From: Methanobacteriota archaeon
GTDB taxonomy: Archaea > Thermoplasmatota > Thermoplasmata > SG8-5 > JAGLSY01
Length of the DNA stretch: 64,000 bases
Direction: 5' to 3'
Assembly (NCBI GenBank): GCA_020696385.1
Contig: JAEHCQ010000004.1
Span: 128,001 to 192,000, forward strand
The position numbers were made by a program, and so were the translations under genes. Under the pieces are notes generated by a model. The model was not told the origin of the DNA. It did not search any database and saw only the letters and a program-made list of their open reading frames with translations. Below are positions 19,295 to 29,832 of the stretch, in pieces. Position 1 is the stretch's first letter. Every line of letters starts with the position of its first letter.

Positions 19295-19969
19295 TCATTC
19301 TTCAGATGGCTGGCTTTCGATATCTTCCTTATTTTTCACTCGGCTGAAGTACAGGATGATGGCAACAATCGCTCCGCCGATGATAGACGATATTATGATA
19401 AGGGATTCGAGGTTCATTTCCATATTGTTCAATGTGAACGCTCCGGCAATCCCAACTATGAGCCCTCTTGATAGTCCCGCCCAAAAATTTGTCTGGACGA
19501 ACCATTTCATCTCGAAGACCTCTCCGTCCTTATTGAGCAGGGAGAATATGTAGAGGGTGATGGTGTCTGGCATTATTGGAAGGCTTAGAATGAGGTAAAT
19601 GGCAATGTATCCGAACTTCTCGCAGAATCTGGTGAGGAACTCTGTAAGGCCTACAAACCACTTCCACTTGAACCATACTCGAATACTATCTTCGATCTTC
19701 TCTCCAATTATGAAGACCATCCAGCTTCCTACAGCTTTACCCAGACCCATGACCAGGCTTACTATGAAAAAGGCTGGGAAAATAGTTCTGAAGCCCAGGA
19801 ACTCCCCGCCATTTACGATGAAGGGTATGAAACCAGCCAGACCCAGTTCGACAGGGATTGGCAAAATGACTGCAGCTAACACGCAGAATATGAAGAACAA
19901 TAAGAGGTATGTGTATGGATTGTTCATATCCAGCATACCCATCAGATCATCAATGAAGCTCATTATCAA
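19295..19969 (-). CDS. DedA/VTT-like membrane protein
   Basis: LPIPVE, GLGKAVGS, LPIMPD; several TM segments. Confidence 0.6.
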   Translation of the reverse strand: MIMSFIDDLMGMLDMNNPYTYLLLFFIFCVLAAVILPIPVELGLAGFIPFIVNGGEFLGFRTIFPAFFIVSLVMGLGKAVGSWMVFIIGEKIEDSIRVWFKWKWFVGLTEFLTRFCEKFGYIAIYLILSLPIMPDTITLYIFSLLNKDGEVFEMKWFVQTNFWAGLSRGLIVGIAGAFTLNNMEMNLESLIIISSIIGGAIVAIILYFSRVKNKEDIESQPSEE

Positions 19970-20895
19970 TCTCCAATTATTAAGTCCGACCTGTCCTTGC
20001 CAAGTACTAAAACACGGCTTTCGGGAGCTTCATCCAGTATCTGGAAACCCATTTCACGTCCCAGCTTCTCTCCAAATTCCCGAACCTTGTCATACTTTGG
20101 CATATTGGCCATGGTCATTCTCTCTCTGGAATATCCAACATACACATAACCTTTTGGTTCTATGAAGAGAGGATCAGCCATTTTATCCAAGTGAGCGTAT
20201 TCCTTTTCCCATCCTATGTTCCATCCATCCACAAGGGTATGCCGAATGACTGTCCGGGTATCGAGGCTGGCCATAATCTCCAGGCTCTTCTGCAATCTCT
20301 CCCAACCGTCTTTCACAAGAGGCACGCATAATCTCTTGTAGATCTCCCTGGTCGGGGCTGCAACCGTGATATAAAGTTGGGTGGGAAGGGGGTCTAATTT
20401 CTCCAGAACCTCTGGTTGGATGCCATTGCTGACGACAAAAGTCGTCATATTTCGCTTGTGACATTCTTCAATGAACTCTCCCAATCGGGAATAAAGAGTG
20501 GGTTCTCCTGACAATGATATCGCTACCTGTTTTGGCTCAAAGGCCTCTTTCCAGATCTCGGGACTGCACCTTGCATCTCCCTTGTAGCCCGTGATGAGCT
20601 TTCTCTGCCCTTCTATGCAGCCATCCAGTATCTCAATGGGATCATCCTCGTTCGGTATGGCCAGTTCATTCATCCCCTGGAATCTCCAGCAGAAAAGGCA
20701 ATTGTGTGTGCAATGGGAAACAGTAGGTGTCATCTGGAGACATCGGTGAGATTCAATGCCATAGAACCTCTCCTTGTAGCAAGGTCTATCCCTGAGAAGT
20801 TTTTCACCCATCCAGTGGCAGAGCTTGACACCACTGTGCTCTCCCACGACATGATAATGCTGTTTCTCCAATATCCTCTTCATATCATCATTCAT
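19966..20895 (-). CDS. taw1: 4-demethylwyosine synthase (radical SAM)
   Basis: HSGVKLCHW, CYKERFYGIESHRCLQMTP, CxxxCxxCWR, AISLSGEPTLY. Confidence 0.95.
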   Translation of the reverse strand: MNDDMKRILEKQHYHVVGEHSGVKLCHWMGEKLLRDRPCYKERFYGIESHRCLQMTPTVSHCTHNCLFCWRFQGMNELAIPNEDDPIEILDGCIEGQRKLITGYKGDARCSPEIWKEAFEPKQVAISLSGEPTLYSRLGEFIEECHKRNMTTFVVSNGIQPEVLEKLDPLPTQLYITVAAPTREIYKRLCVPLVKDGWERLQKSLEIMASLDTRTVIRHTLVDGWNIGWEKEYAHLDKMADPLFIEPKGYVYVGYSRERMTMANMPKYDKVREFGEKLGREMGFQILDEAPESRVLVLGKDRSDLIIGD

Positions 20896-20912
20896 TTTTT
20901 ATCTCCTGATCT

Positions 20913-22346
20913 TCAAAAATCAAAAAGGTTCTTCTGAGCTGGCTTCACAACGATCTCTGGCTTTTCTTCCTCTTCCTGCTCATCTTCCTGTGATTCATCC
21001 ACTTCACTATGTTTGGTTCGGGCCTTTGCCGAGTTTTGTTTCTTTTTGTTAATCTCATCAAACACATTCTTCACAGGATGAGAATCCGGCTTCTGGCCAA
21101 GCAAGAAACCTACCTCATATTCTCCCAATGAAAGAGATTCTGTCATCTTCAAGCAGAATTCCCTATCTGTATTGAACAGTAGCTTGAAATAAGGTAGCTG
21201 GTCTTGAAGTGCCTGCTCCTTGGAGATATGTGTGAGCTTTCCCAGTTTATTGCCTATGGAATTTCTCACCTCTCGCGTTCCTTTAGATCGTGACATATTG
21301 GTGAGCCAGCTTGGAAATTTATAGCTGACATATCCTCGATATTCTCTGGTCTTTGATAGGGAAACCCCGGCACTCATCATGTCTGAAGAATATTTCCACA
21401 ATCCATAATATTGCCTTCTCCTAACTCGTCCCAGATATATGTCTGCCTTGGAGACTGCGTCATAGGCTCTCATCCTGTCATCCGAGAGTGAATAAGATAC
21501 TGGTATGTTCTCATCTATCCATAATATAGTAAAGTTCGGATCCTCGTCAAGATCCATGAGTGCATCACGTGAAGCCTTGCAATTATTTGTCCTAAAGACC
21601 TTTGCCATACCCTGAAATATGGTGCTCTTCTGATCTCTTCCTCCCAGAGCCAGCACATCTCTTTCGGTCAATTTATCTTTACCTTCCACAAGTGATTGAA
21701 GGTCATTTACCGCTCCTCTGATATCACCTTCACATCTTTTGGAGATCGCTTTTATCGCATCCGGGCTGGCGTCGACCTTCTCTTTCTGCGCTATCCCCCT
21801 GAGCAATTTGGCAATGGAAGCTGGTTGTGGTTTTCGGTATTGTATCTGCAATGCCTTGCTGGATATCACGGATGATCTTCGTTTTAATGAATAGAAATCA
21901 TTGACTATGAGGATAACTGGCTGTTTGGTGTTTGAGATAAGCTCTCCCATGGCCTTGATGCCCCCACGATCCTCCTTGCCGAAAACATTGTCTGCCTCAT
22001 CAAGTATTATCAGTTTTCTGCCGCCTTCTTTGCTGGTGGAATATTCTCCAGTATCTGTGAAGGTGTCCCACATCGCACCAAGGCCAGCTATGCTCTTTAT
22101 GGCATTGGCATTTCTGGAATCCGATGCATTCAATTCCACCACCTGCCACCCATATTCGTGAGCCACTGCATGAGCACTGGTGGTCTTCCCTATCCCGGGT
22201 TCTCCAATGAGTATTGCCGCCCTGTGCTTTTTAGGTATGCCATTTTCCCAGGAATTTGCCCAGGTCTTCAGCTTCGACACTGCTTCTGAATTGCCAATGA
22301 TGCCATCAAAGCCCTTTGGCCTGTGTTTTTCAGTCCAATCATGCAT
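20913..22346 (-). CDS. rfcL: Replication factor C large subunit
   Basis: WTEKHRP, GEPGIGKT, ELNASD, ILDEAD, GDIRGAVNDLQ, WIDEN. Confidence 0.95.
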   Translation of the reverse strand: MHDWTEKHRPKGFDGIIGNSEAVSKLKTWANSWENGIPKKHRAAILIGEPGIGKTTSAHAVAHEYGWQVVELNASDSRNANAIKSIAGLGAMWDTFTDTGEYSTSKEGGRKLIILDEADNVFGKEDRGGIKAMGELISNTKQPVILIVNDFYSLKRRSSVISSKALQIQYRKPQPASIAKLLRGIAQKEKVDASPDAIKAISKRCEGDIRGAVNDLQSLVEGKDKLTERDVLALGGRDQKSTIFQGMAKVFRTNNCKASRDALMDLDEDPNFTILWIDENIPVSYSLSDDRMRAYDAVSKADIYLGRVRRRQYYGLWKYSSDMMSAGVSLSKTREYRGYVSYKFPSWLTNMSRSKGTREVRNSIGNKLGKLTHISKEQALQDQLPYFKLLFNTDREFCLKMTESLSLGEYEVGFLLGQKPDSHPVKNVFDEINKKKQNSAKARTKHSEVDESQEDEQEEEEKPEIVVKPAQKNLFDF

Positions 22347-22538
22347 TCCAATCCTCTAATCAATAGGCTTCTAAATACATTTGCCTTGTTTGTAATATTC
22401 TGTGATGCCAGCCCCTCTTTATTATCAATCTTTTTTCTTTATCTTTATATATAATATAGTTTCAACGGTCACGTTTATATACAAGTATGTATTCCTCAGC
22501 ATACTTCCCAGAAGCAAAAAATATACTGGAGGGTGACA

Positions 22539-23018
22539 TTGGCAGATAATAAGAAACCTACGGACATTGAGAAAGACGATGATTTCAAGTACATATTGAG
22601 GTTATCTGGTAACGATATAGACGGCGAGAAGCCAGCTTTTATCGCGCTTACGGATCTCACAGGAATCGGGACACGTATCTCAGAGATATTGATAGAAAGA
22701 TTGGGATATCCCCACGCCAAACAGATCGGACACATGACCGATGAGGATATTGAAAAGCTCGAGGAGATGTTGGATAACCTCGAGGAGAATGTCCCGATAT
22801 GGTTACTCAACAGAAGAAAAGATTGGGAATCAGGCGAAGATCTCCACCTTTATGGTATGGAGCTCGAGCAAACTAATAAAGATGACATTAACAGGATGAG
22901 AATGACCCGTTGCTACAAAGGAGTAAGGCATGACACGGGCCAGAAAGTCAGAGGTCAGAGAACCAGATCCAATGGAAGGAAAGGGTTGACACTTGGCGTA
23001 TCCAAGAAAAGAGGCTAA
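22539..23018 (+). CDS. rps13: 30S ribosomal protein S13 (uS13)
   Basis: WLLNRRKD, YKGVRH..GQKVRGQRTRSNGR; TTG start after GGAGGGTGA. Confidence 0.96.
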   Translation: MADNKKPTDIEKDDDFKYILRLSGNDIDGEKPAFIALTDLTGIGTRISEILIERLGYPHAKQIGHMTDEDIEKLEEMLDNLEENVPIWLLNRRKDWESGEDLHLYGMELEQTNKDDINRMRMTRCYKGVRHDTGQKVRGQRTRSNGRKGLTLGVSKKRG

Positions 23019-23033
23019 TTGAGGTGAGTGATT

Positions 23034-23894
23034 TTGGGAGACCCTAAGTTCAGTAGAAGACGGTATGCTACACCATCCCATCCTTGGCAAAAGGAAAGGA
23101 TAGATGAAGAGAATGAGTTAATCAAAAAGTATGGCCTCAAAAACAAGAAGGAACTTTGGAAGGCACAGTCCCTCCTGAGAAACTTCAGACAGAGATCCAG
23201 GATCCTTCAGGCTCAGATCAGATACGGTAACAAACAAGCTGAGAAGGAAAGAGATCAGCTCCTTGGAAGGCTAGAGCGTGCTGGAATCCTTGGAAGCGAA
23301 GGTTCACTGGATGATGTTCTTGCATTGGATGTTGAAGCCGTACTTACAAGAAGATTGCAGACCCTGGCATACATGAAGGGACTGAGCAACAGTGCGAAGC
23401 AATCCCGTCAATTCATTGTTCACGGACATGTGTCCATCGGTGATAGAAAGGTAACTATTCCCGGATACCTAGTCAAGAGGACCGAAGAGGAATCTATTGA
23501 ATATCTATTGAGCTCACCGATCGCAAATGACATGCATCCAGCCAGACCAAAGGATGAATTGGAACTGGCCGAGCAGAAGAGACAGCAGGAAGAGGCAGCC
23601 AAGGCCGCTGCAGCGCCTGCGGTGGAGCCTACACCGGAAGGTGCAGTTGCTCCAGCAGAGGCACCAGCTGAAGTCGCTCCGGCCGATGCTAAACCAGCTG
23701 AGGCAAAGCCCGCAGAGGTTAAGCCAGCAGAACCAAAGGCAGAAGCAGCCCCAGCAAAGGAAAAGCCTGCAGAGGTTAAGCCAGCAGAACCAAAGGCAGA
23801 AGCAGCCCCAGCAAAGGAAAAGCCTGCAGAGAAAGCTCCTCCAGTTGAGGAGAAGCCAGTCAAAGAAGATAAACCAAAGGAGGCCAAAGAATGA
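23034..23894 (+). CDS. rps4: 30S ribosomal protein S4 (uS4) with long Ala/Pro/Glu/Lys C-terminal extension
   Basis: [38 protein letters not shown]. Confidence 0.96.
   Translation: MGDPKFSRRRYATPSHPWQKERIDEENELIKKYGLKNKKELWKAQSLLRNFRQRSRILQAQIRYGNKQAEKERDQLLGRLERAGILGSEGSLDDVLALDVEAVLTRRLQTLAYMKGLSNSAKQSRQFIVHGHVSIGDRKVTIPGYLVKRTEEESIEYLLSSPIANDMHPARPKDELELAEQKRQQEEAAKAAAAPAVEPTPEGAVAPAEAPAEVAPADAKPAEAKPAEVKPAEPKAEAAPAKEKPAEVKPAEPKAEAAPAKEKPAEKAPPVEEKPVKEDKPKEAKE
23712..23825 (+). repeat. 57-nt tandem duplication in the uS4 tail ([19 protein letters not shown] x2)
   Basis: Exact nucleotide duplication visible. Confidence 0.9.
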
Positions 23895-24274
23895 CCAAAT
23901 GGGCCCTAGCACATATATTCGCATCTTACAACAACGTATTGATAACATTGACCGACCCAACCGGTGCAGAGACTATCACAAAATGCACAGGCGGTATGGT
24001 GGTCAAGTCCCAGAAGGATGAGTCATCTCCATACGCAGCCATGAAGGCAGCGGAGATGATCGCAGATATCGCAAAGGAGAGGGGCATCGACAGTGTTCAT
24101 GTCCGTGTAAGAGCTCCAGGCGGTAACAAGGATCTTTCTCCTGGACCCGGCGCACAGGCCGCAATAAGGGCACTGGCAAGGGCAGGACTTAGAATTGGCA
24201 GGATAGAAGATGTCACCCCTATCCCACATGACGGAACCAAGAAAAAGGGCGGCAGACGTGGAAGAAGGGTGTAA
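23891..24274 (+). CDS. rps11: 30S ribosomal protein S11 (uS11)
   Basis: [38 protein letters not shown]. Confidence 0.97.
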   Translation: MTKWALAHIFASYNNVLITLTDPTGAETITKCTGGMVVKSQKDESSPYAAMKAAEMIADIAKERGIDSVHVRVRAPGGNKDLSPGPGAQAAIRALARAGLRIGRIEDVTPIPHDGTKKKGGRRGRRV

Positions 24275-24278
24275 TCAA

Positions 24279-25343
24279 ATGGATATCAAGATCATTGATG
24301 TTAGAGATGATTTCATCAAATTCGTTGTATCTGGAGTCGATTTCAGCTTTGTGAATTCCATCAGAAGGGCATTGTTAGCCGATATCCCGAAGATGGCCAT
24401 AGAGGACGTTGAGATTCATCTTGGTGCAATAAGTGACGAGGAGGGAAAGACCTATGAGAGCACGACCCCCCTCTTTGATGAGATAATCGCCCACAGAATG
24501 GGTCTCATACCTATTCCTACCGATCTTGAGATGCTTGGTTTCAAGGACGAGTGTGAATGCGATGGTGAGGGATGTATCAGCTGCAGCATAATGTACTCAC
24601 TTAACAAGAGGGGACCATGTACTGTTTACTCAGGTGACCTTGAGCCACTGGGTGATGCCACTCTTAGACCAAAGGATGCCAAGATACCAATAGTCAAACT
24701 TACAGAGGATGAGGGGATCCTCATATATGCAACTGCAGTAATGGGAATTGCCAAAACACATGCCAAATGGCAGGGTATCCACGGCGCAGGTTACAAATTA
24801 TATCCAAAGGTTGACATCGATTACAAGAAATGTGACAATGGCGGAGGATGCATATCCATCTGCCCAGTCAATATCTTCGTGAAGGATGGAAAGAAGGTCA
24901 AGATAGCCAATCCAGAGAACTGCACCATGTGTAAAAGCTGTATTGAAGTTTGCGAGCTGGATGCAGTAAAGATCGGCTATGAGGACGATAAGTTCATATT
25001 CAGATTCGAGACAGATGGTTCGCTCTATGCAAAGGATGCGCTTCTCTATGCATTAGCTCACCTGGGAGCGTCCTTCGAGGAAGTGATCGACCTCGTTGAC
25101 ACCATGAAGCCAAAGGATTACAAACCCATCGAGCCCGTGAAGTTGGCCATTGATGATGAGGAAGGTCCTGAAGGCGTGGCATATATTCCAGCAGACGAAA
25201 GTACTCATACTCCTGAAGAGGAACCTGTTGAGGAAGAGCCAGTGGTAGAAGAACCTGTCGAGGAAGAGAAGCCAAAGAAGAAGGCAGCTGCCAAGAAGAC
25301 CACCAAAAAGGCACCTGCAAAGAAGGCAGCCAAGAAAAAGTAA
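24279..25343 (+). CDS. rpoD: RNA polymerase subunit D/Rpo3 with ferredoxin-like Fe-S domain and charged C-terminal tail
   Basis: NSIRRALL..IPKMAI, DEIIAHRMGLIP, HAKW, CxxCxxCxxxC, FETDGS; follows S11. Confidence 0.94.
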   Translation: MDIKIIDVRDDFIKFVVSGVDFSFVNSIRRALLADIPKMAIEDVEIHLGAISDEEGKTYESTTPLFDEIIAHRMGLIPIPTDLEMLGFKDECECDGEGCISCSIMYSLNKRGPCTVYSGDLEPLGDATLRPKDAKIPIVKLTEDEGILIYATAVMGIAKTHAKWQGIHGAGYKLYPKVDIDYKKCDNGGGCISICPVNIFVKDGKKVKIANPENCTMCKSCIEVCELDAVKIGYEDDKFIFRFETDGSLYAKDALLYALAHLGASFEEVIDLVDTMKPKDYKPIEPVKLAIDDEEGPEGVAYIPADESTHTPEEEPVEEEPVVEEPVEEEKPKKKAAAKKTTKKAPAKKAAKKK

Positions 25344-25386
25344 GCTTCTCGATATCTCATATAATAAGATCATAAATAGACGCAAA

Positions 25387-25458
25387 GCCGCTGTGGCTAA
25401 GGGGTATAGCGATTCATTGGTAATGAATAGGTCGTGGGTTCAATTCCCATCAGCGGCT
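25387..25458 (+). tRNA. tRNA-Thr(GGU)
   Basis: GCCGCTG...ATTCA-TTGGTAA-TGAAT...GTGGGTTCAATTCCCAT-CAGCGGC-T cloverleaf. Confidence 0.92.
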
Positions 25459-25692
25459 CTTTGCATTTTTTAGTATAGCTGATGTGGAATTGAACCAAGC
25501 CCGTGAATGCATGATATTATTGTACTGGCTTAATGTAAGGGCGCAGGTTGAAATTTCGTTTGTAAACATTTAATCTGTAGTAAATTTCAATATTGGCTCT
25601 TGTTTAGGGCTCCTTATTATTTTATTAGTGTTAGCTGATGGAAATTGAATCAAGCCCGAAAGTGTTTTAACTTACTCCCCAATCCCCAGGCA

Positions 25693-27705
25693 ATGAAAGT
25701 CAAGACCCAAATGTCCAATTTCGATATTTTCACCTTCGTTAGAGAGAGCCAGGATTATATCGGCATGCAGGTGGAGAAAGTATTCCAGATGTCCTATACC
25801 GAGGTCTGGGTTCGCTTTTCTTCCAAAGGCAAAAAAGCGACATTGGTCATCAAGCTGGGTAAGGCTTTATGGTTCGAAGACGAGTATTTGAAATCCGATG
25901 TGCAACCACCGAACTTCGCCATGCTGCTCAGGAAACATCTGGGCAAAAAGAGGCTTAATTCCATAAGCCAGCATGGCTTTGACAGGATCGTCGTTATGGA
26001 GTTCGGAGCTGATAATCAATTTAAGCTAATAATCGAGGGCTTCGGCAAGGGTAATATTATCCTGGTCGAGGATGATGAGATAATAAAGCCTATGACATCC
26101 AAATCATGGAGGCACAGGGATGTCAAGGCAGGAGCAATTTACAAATTCCCACCAGAGGGCATAAATCCTCTGGATCTGGAAATGGAGGATGTGGAAGAAA
26201 TGATATCTGGTTCGAACAGGGATATAGTTCGAACTTTAGCCACGCAGACCAACCTCGGCGGTAGTTACGCCGAGGAGATATGCGAATATATGGGTCTTGA
26301 TAAGGATATGAAGGCGAGTGATGTGGATGAAATCCAGATGGCCAGTATAAAAGAGGCCATCGATACCCTGATCTCCAGGCTGGATGCTCCATTCCCCGTG
26401 ATAAAATACGATGATGGTGAAGTTGTGGATTTCCTTCCCCTCGCCCTTCAGGATCTCTCGGATAGGGAATACAGGACCTTTGATTCCTTCAATCTGACAC
26501 TGAAGGAATATTTCTCATCTCTTCCGGATATTTTGAATGTCGAGGACGAGGATTATGTGTCTCCCGAGACCCAGCGCCTTGAAAGACAGGCCGAGCATCA
26601 GACCGAGGCCATTGAGCAGATGGAATTTGATATTGTGGAATACCAGCGCCTGGGTGACCTCGTATATGCTGACTATGCCCGGTTCGATAAGATACTGACA
26701 ACCACTAAGGCCATTCTGGATGAAAAGGGATGGAAGGCGTCCAAGGCCGAGCTGGAAAAATGGGATAAGATAGTTTCCTTTGATCCCGAGTCTGGCATTC
26801 TGACACTGAAGCTGGAAGATGATTCCCATGTTTCATTGGATGTCAGAAACAATGTGAATGACAATGCCGGATTCCAGTACCATAAATCCAAGAGATCGAG
26901 GAAGAGACTTGCAGGGGCACAGGAAGCTCTGGATGAGACTCTCAAAATGCTTAAAAGGACCATGAAAGACGATTTCAAAAAGACTGTCGCCCGTAAAAAA
27001 TCACCAACCCGTCAGATGTGGTTCGATAGGTATCGCTGGTTCCTGTCGAGCGAAGGTTTCCTGATCGTGGGTGGGCGTGATGCCAGGTCCAATGACAAGG
27101 TGGTGAAGAAACACCTGAAGGATGATAGCATATATTCTCATGCGGATATTCATGGAGCTCCCAGTATCATTGTTATGAAGGGGCGTGATGCTGGTGAGGA
27201 CACTCTCCTGGAAGCTTGTGAGTTCGGAGTTTGCAATTCAAAAGCATGGAAGGCCAAGCTGGCCAGTGGCAATGCTTTTTGGGTCAAGCCCGATCAGGTA
27301 AGCAAGACCGCTCAGCCCGGTGAGTTCCTCGCGAGGGGGGCCTTCATGATAAGAGGCAAGAGGAATATCCACAATAAGCTGGATTTGAAGCTGGGCATTG
27401 GGGAGATATTGTTCGAGGGCGAGCGTAAGATAATGTGTGGCCCGATAAGCGCGATAAAGGCTCACGCGTCGGATTTCTACGAGATCATACCTGGCGATCT
27501 CAATTCAAACACATTTGCCAAAAAGGTATCCGATCATTACAATGTGCCGATAGAGGAGATTAGTAGAATATTACCTCCAGGGGATGTACAGGTAGTTCGT
27601 GAACCATCTGCAATAAAGGTCGATCCAGATCCTGTGATAGATCCAGAAATTGATTCCGATTCAGAGATTGATCCTGATCCCGAGATCGATCATGATATAG
27701 AATAG
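25693..27705 (+). CDS. rqcH: Ribosome rescue protein RqcH/Rqc2 (NEMF/NFACT family)
   Basis: FAMLLRKHL, QHGFDRIV, WFDRYRWF, GGRDARSN, HADIHGAP, VSKTAQPGEFL..GAFMIRG. Confidence 0.92.
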   Translation: MKVKTQMSNFDIFTFVRESQDYIGMQVEKVFQMSYTEVWVRFSSKGKKATLVIKLGKALWFEDEYLKSDVQPPNFAMLLRKHLGKKRLNSISQHGFDRIVVMEFGADNQFKLIIEGFGKGNIILVEDDEIIKPMTSKSWRHRDVKAGAIYKFPPEGINPLDLEMEDVEEMISGSNRDIVRTLATQTNLGGSYAEEICEYMGLDKDMKASDVDEIQMASIKEAIDTLISRLDAPFPVIKYDDGEVVDFLPLALQDLSDREYRTFDSFNLTLKEYFSSLPDILNVEDEDYVSPETQRLERQAEHQTEAIEQMEFDIVEYQRLGDLVYADYARFDKILTTTKAILDEKGWKASKAELEKWDKIVSFDPESGILTLKLEDDSHVSLDVRNNVNDNAGFQYHKSKRSRKRLAGAQEALDETLKMLKRTMKDDFKKTVARKKSPTRQMWFDRYRWFLSSEGFLIVGGRDARSNDKVVKKHLKDDSIYSHADIHGAPSIIVMKGRDAGEDTLLEACEFGVCNSKAWKAKLASGNAFWVKPDQVSKTAQPGEFLARGAFMIRGKRNIHNKLDLKLGIGEILFEGERKIMCGPISAIKAHASDFYEIIPGDLNSNTFAKKVSDHYNVPIEEISRILPPGDVQVVREPSAIKVDPDPVIDPEIDSDSEIDPDPEIDHDIE

Positions 27706-27759
27706 ATCAATAATAATTCATTTAACTGTTTGGTCAGTATTCAGTATATTAATCGTAGA

Positions 27760-29538
27760 TCAATAACCTGCCTTGATATTTTCAACCATGGCGAGACATT
27801 CGTTCATCTTGTCAAATGACTCTTTGTATTTCCTTTCCTCAAGAAGCTTTTTCGCCATGCTGACAGAATCAATTATACGATCCACATTCTGGCCCTGGAT
27901 CTTCATGTCTCTGGCCATCTGGGCTATTAGTCCAAGATCTTCATTGGCCTTGGCTACGAAGGCTTCCTCTATCTGCCTTCGTCCCTGCTTCATAAGAGCT
28001 ACAGCACCGTGTAGATTCTTCTTCTTGCTCTCATTCACTCCTTGGGCGATGATCTTCTTCTGTGCCAGGACATCTATGGACAATTCCTTTGCAAGGATAA
28101 GAAGTGGTTTAATGGCACTTGCATGGATGGAAAGGCTCTTCTTCAGGACCCTTGGATCATTGGGATCCACTTCGGGCTCCGGTTCCGGTTCTGGCTCAGC
28201 CTCCACTACCTCGATGGTCTCCTCGACGATAACCTCTTGCTCCACAGGAGGTTCTTCTTCTACCGCTTCCTCTTCAACTACTTCCTCGTATACGACTTCC
28301 TCTTCTACCACAGGCTCTTCTTCAGGTGTGTCAGATCCATCATCCTCCACTTCAACCTCTTCATAGACGATCTCTTCTACTTCCTCGTATACTATTTCTT
28401 CTTCCCCAGCATCTACTTCTACGGTTTCGTATACGACCTCTTCTTCAGCATCTTCCTCCGAAGGCTCATCATCTATGAATTCTGGAGTTGTTGCCTCTAC
28501 TTTTTCCGAATCATCCGAGGCCACATAATCTTCCACGGTCTCGTATATCTCCTCTTCGTCCTCAGTTGGTTCAGATATATCCAGCTCATCATCAAATCCT
28601 TCAATGTCTTCATAAGAAGGTAATTCGAACCCCTGGGATGATATCACATGGGAATAGCAATCCGCGGCCTTCATGGGCTCGCTCATCTTATTGTAAACCT
28701 CGGCCTTGGAGATCCAGGCATTTTGATATTCATCATCGATCTCCAGAGCTTTGTCAAAGGATGACAGTGCCATATCGAACTCTTCCATCTTTATGAGTGT
28801 GGCACCACGAGCGTACCAGAGTTCTTTATTTTCTGGATCCTCCTTCAACTTTGTATCATAATAGGCAAGAGCCATGACATCTGGGTCACCATCCTCCGTT
28901 CCCTGCTCCTGATGGTCGCGAAGTGTTGTGCCACATTCGTAGCATCGGAATTCAAAGGTACTTACAATGGTATTGCATAGAGGACAGGCATTCTCCTCCT
29001 CTATCTGGGACATGTCCAGCTCCTTGCTTCTGAGCTCTTCAAGGTCCATTTCTCTCAGGGCTGTCTTGATCTCTCCTGCTGATTTACGACCTATGCCCTT
29101 TACCTTGACCAGTTCCATGACGGAGGCTCTTTTCAGTTTCCTGAGGTCACCATATCCTGCTTTCAGAAGTATCTCCGCTCTAAGAGGTCCGACACCTGGA
29201 AGTTTCAAGAGATCTTCCATCTCTTTGTCTATGTTCTCAGGATCAAAGGTTCCACTAAGGTTGAGATCATCAATATCACCCTCTGGATCAGGTTCTTCAA
29301 TAAATATTTCCTCTTCGCCCTCTTCTGGCTCTTCGAGAGTTTCATATTGATCATCTGAAGCCATGCCGACCCGGGTGCCACATTCTCCACATATATTTTC
29401 ACCCTGAGGGACCATGTTCCCACAGTCTGGACACTCTACTGGCTCGGGTGCGGTGAAGACAGTTCCACATATGCTACATGCTCCTTCATTCGCATTGATG
29501 GAACCCCCGCATATTGGACAATTATTACCAGGTGTCAC
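27760..29538 (-). CDS. Zinc-ribbon / helix-hairpin-helix / TPR protein with long acidic linker
   Basis: Multiple CxxC pairs; LPGVGP and VKGIG HhH motifs; WYARGATL TPR; Glu-rich tract. Confidence 0.8.
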   Translation of the reverse strand: MTPGNNCPICGGSINANEGACSICGTVFTAPEPVECPDCGNMVPQGENICGECGTRVGMASDDQYETLEEPEEGEEEIFIEEPDPEGDIDDLNLSGTFDPENIDKEMEDLLKLPGVGPLRAEILLKAGYGDLRKLKRASVMELVKVKGIGRKSAGEIKTALREMDLEELRSKELDMSQIEEENACPLCNTIVSTFEFRCYECGTTLRDHQEQGTEDGDPDVMALAYYDTKLKEDPENKELWYARGATLIKMEEFDMALSSFDKALEIDDEYQNAWISKAEVYNKMSEPMKAADCYSHVISSQGFELPSYEDIEGFDDELDISEPTEDEEEIYETVEDYVASDDSEKVEATTPEFIDDEPSEEDAEEEVVYETVEVDAGEEEIVYEEVEEIVYEEVEVEDDGSDTPEEEPVVEEEVVYEEVVEEEAVEEEPPVEQEVIVEETIEVVEAEPEPEPEPEVDPNDPRVLKKSLSIHASAIKPLLILAKELSIDVLAQKKIIAQGVNESKKKNLHGAVALMKQGRRQIEEAFVAKANEDLGLIAQMARDMKIQGQNVDRIIDSVSMAKKLLEERKYKESFDKMNECLAMVENIKAGY

Positions 29539-29629
29539 AATACCCAGTATGCAACAGATAAATAATATACTTTTCTCCTATGGGTATTTAATTGTTTTCA
29601 TGTTTGAAAACAATTAACAATATTAAAAG

Positions 29630-29747
29630 TGCCCGAACCGGAATTCGAATCCGGGTCAAAAGCTCCGCAAGCTTTCAGGATATCCTTTGTAGGAACAACA
29701 GAGAGGTGTGTGACACCGAACTGATGCTCAAGCTACCCCATTCGGGC
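29630..29747 (-). tRNA. tRNA-Arg(GCG) with a 44-nt intron in the D-loop (about 29687-29730)
   Basis: GCCCGAA/TTCGGGC acceptor stem, AAAGC-TTGCGGA-GCTTT anticodon arm, CCGGA-TTCGAAT-TCCGG T arm; insertion between GGGTAGCT and AGGATATCC. Confidence 0.9.
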
Positions 29748-29832
29748 GTAATGAATCATCCCAAAGTTAATACCACACAATCTTTATATTTTTGGATATA
29801 GAGTGATTGTGGTTAGCTTTGGTTGATTTCAA

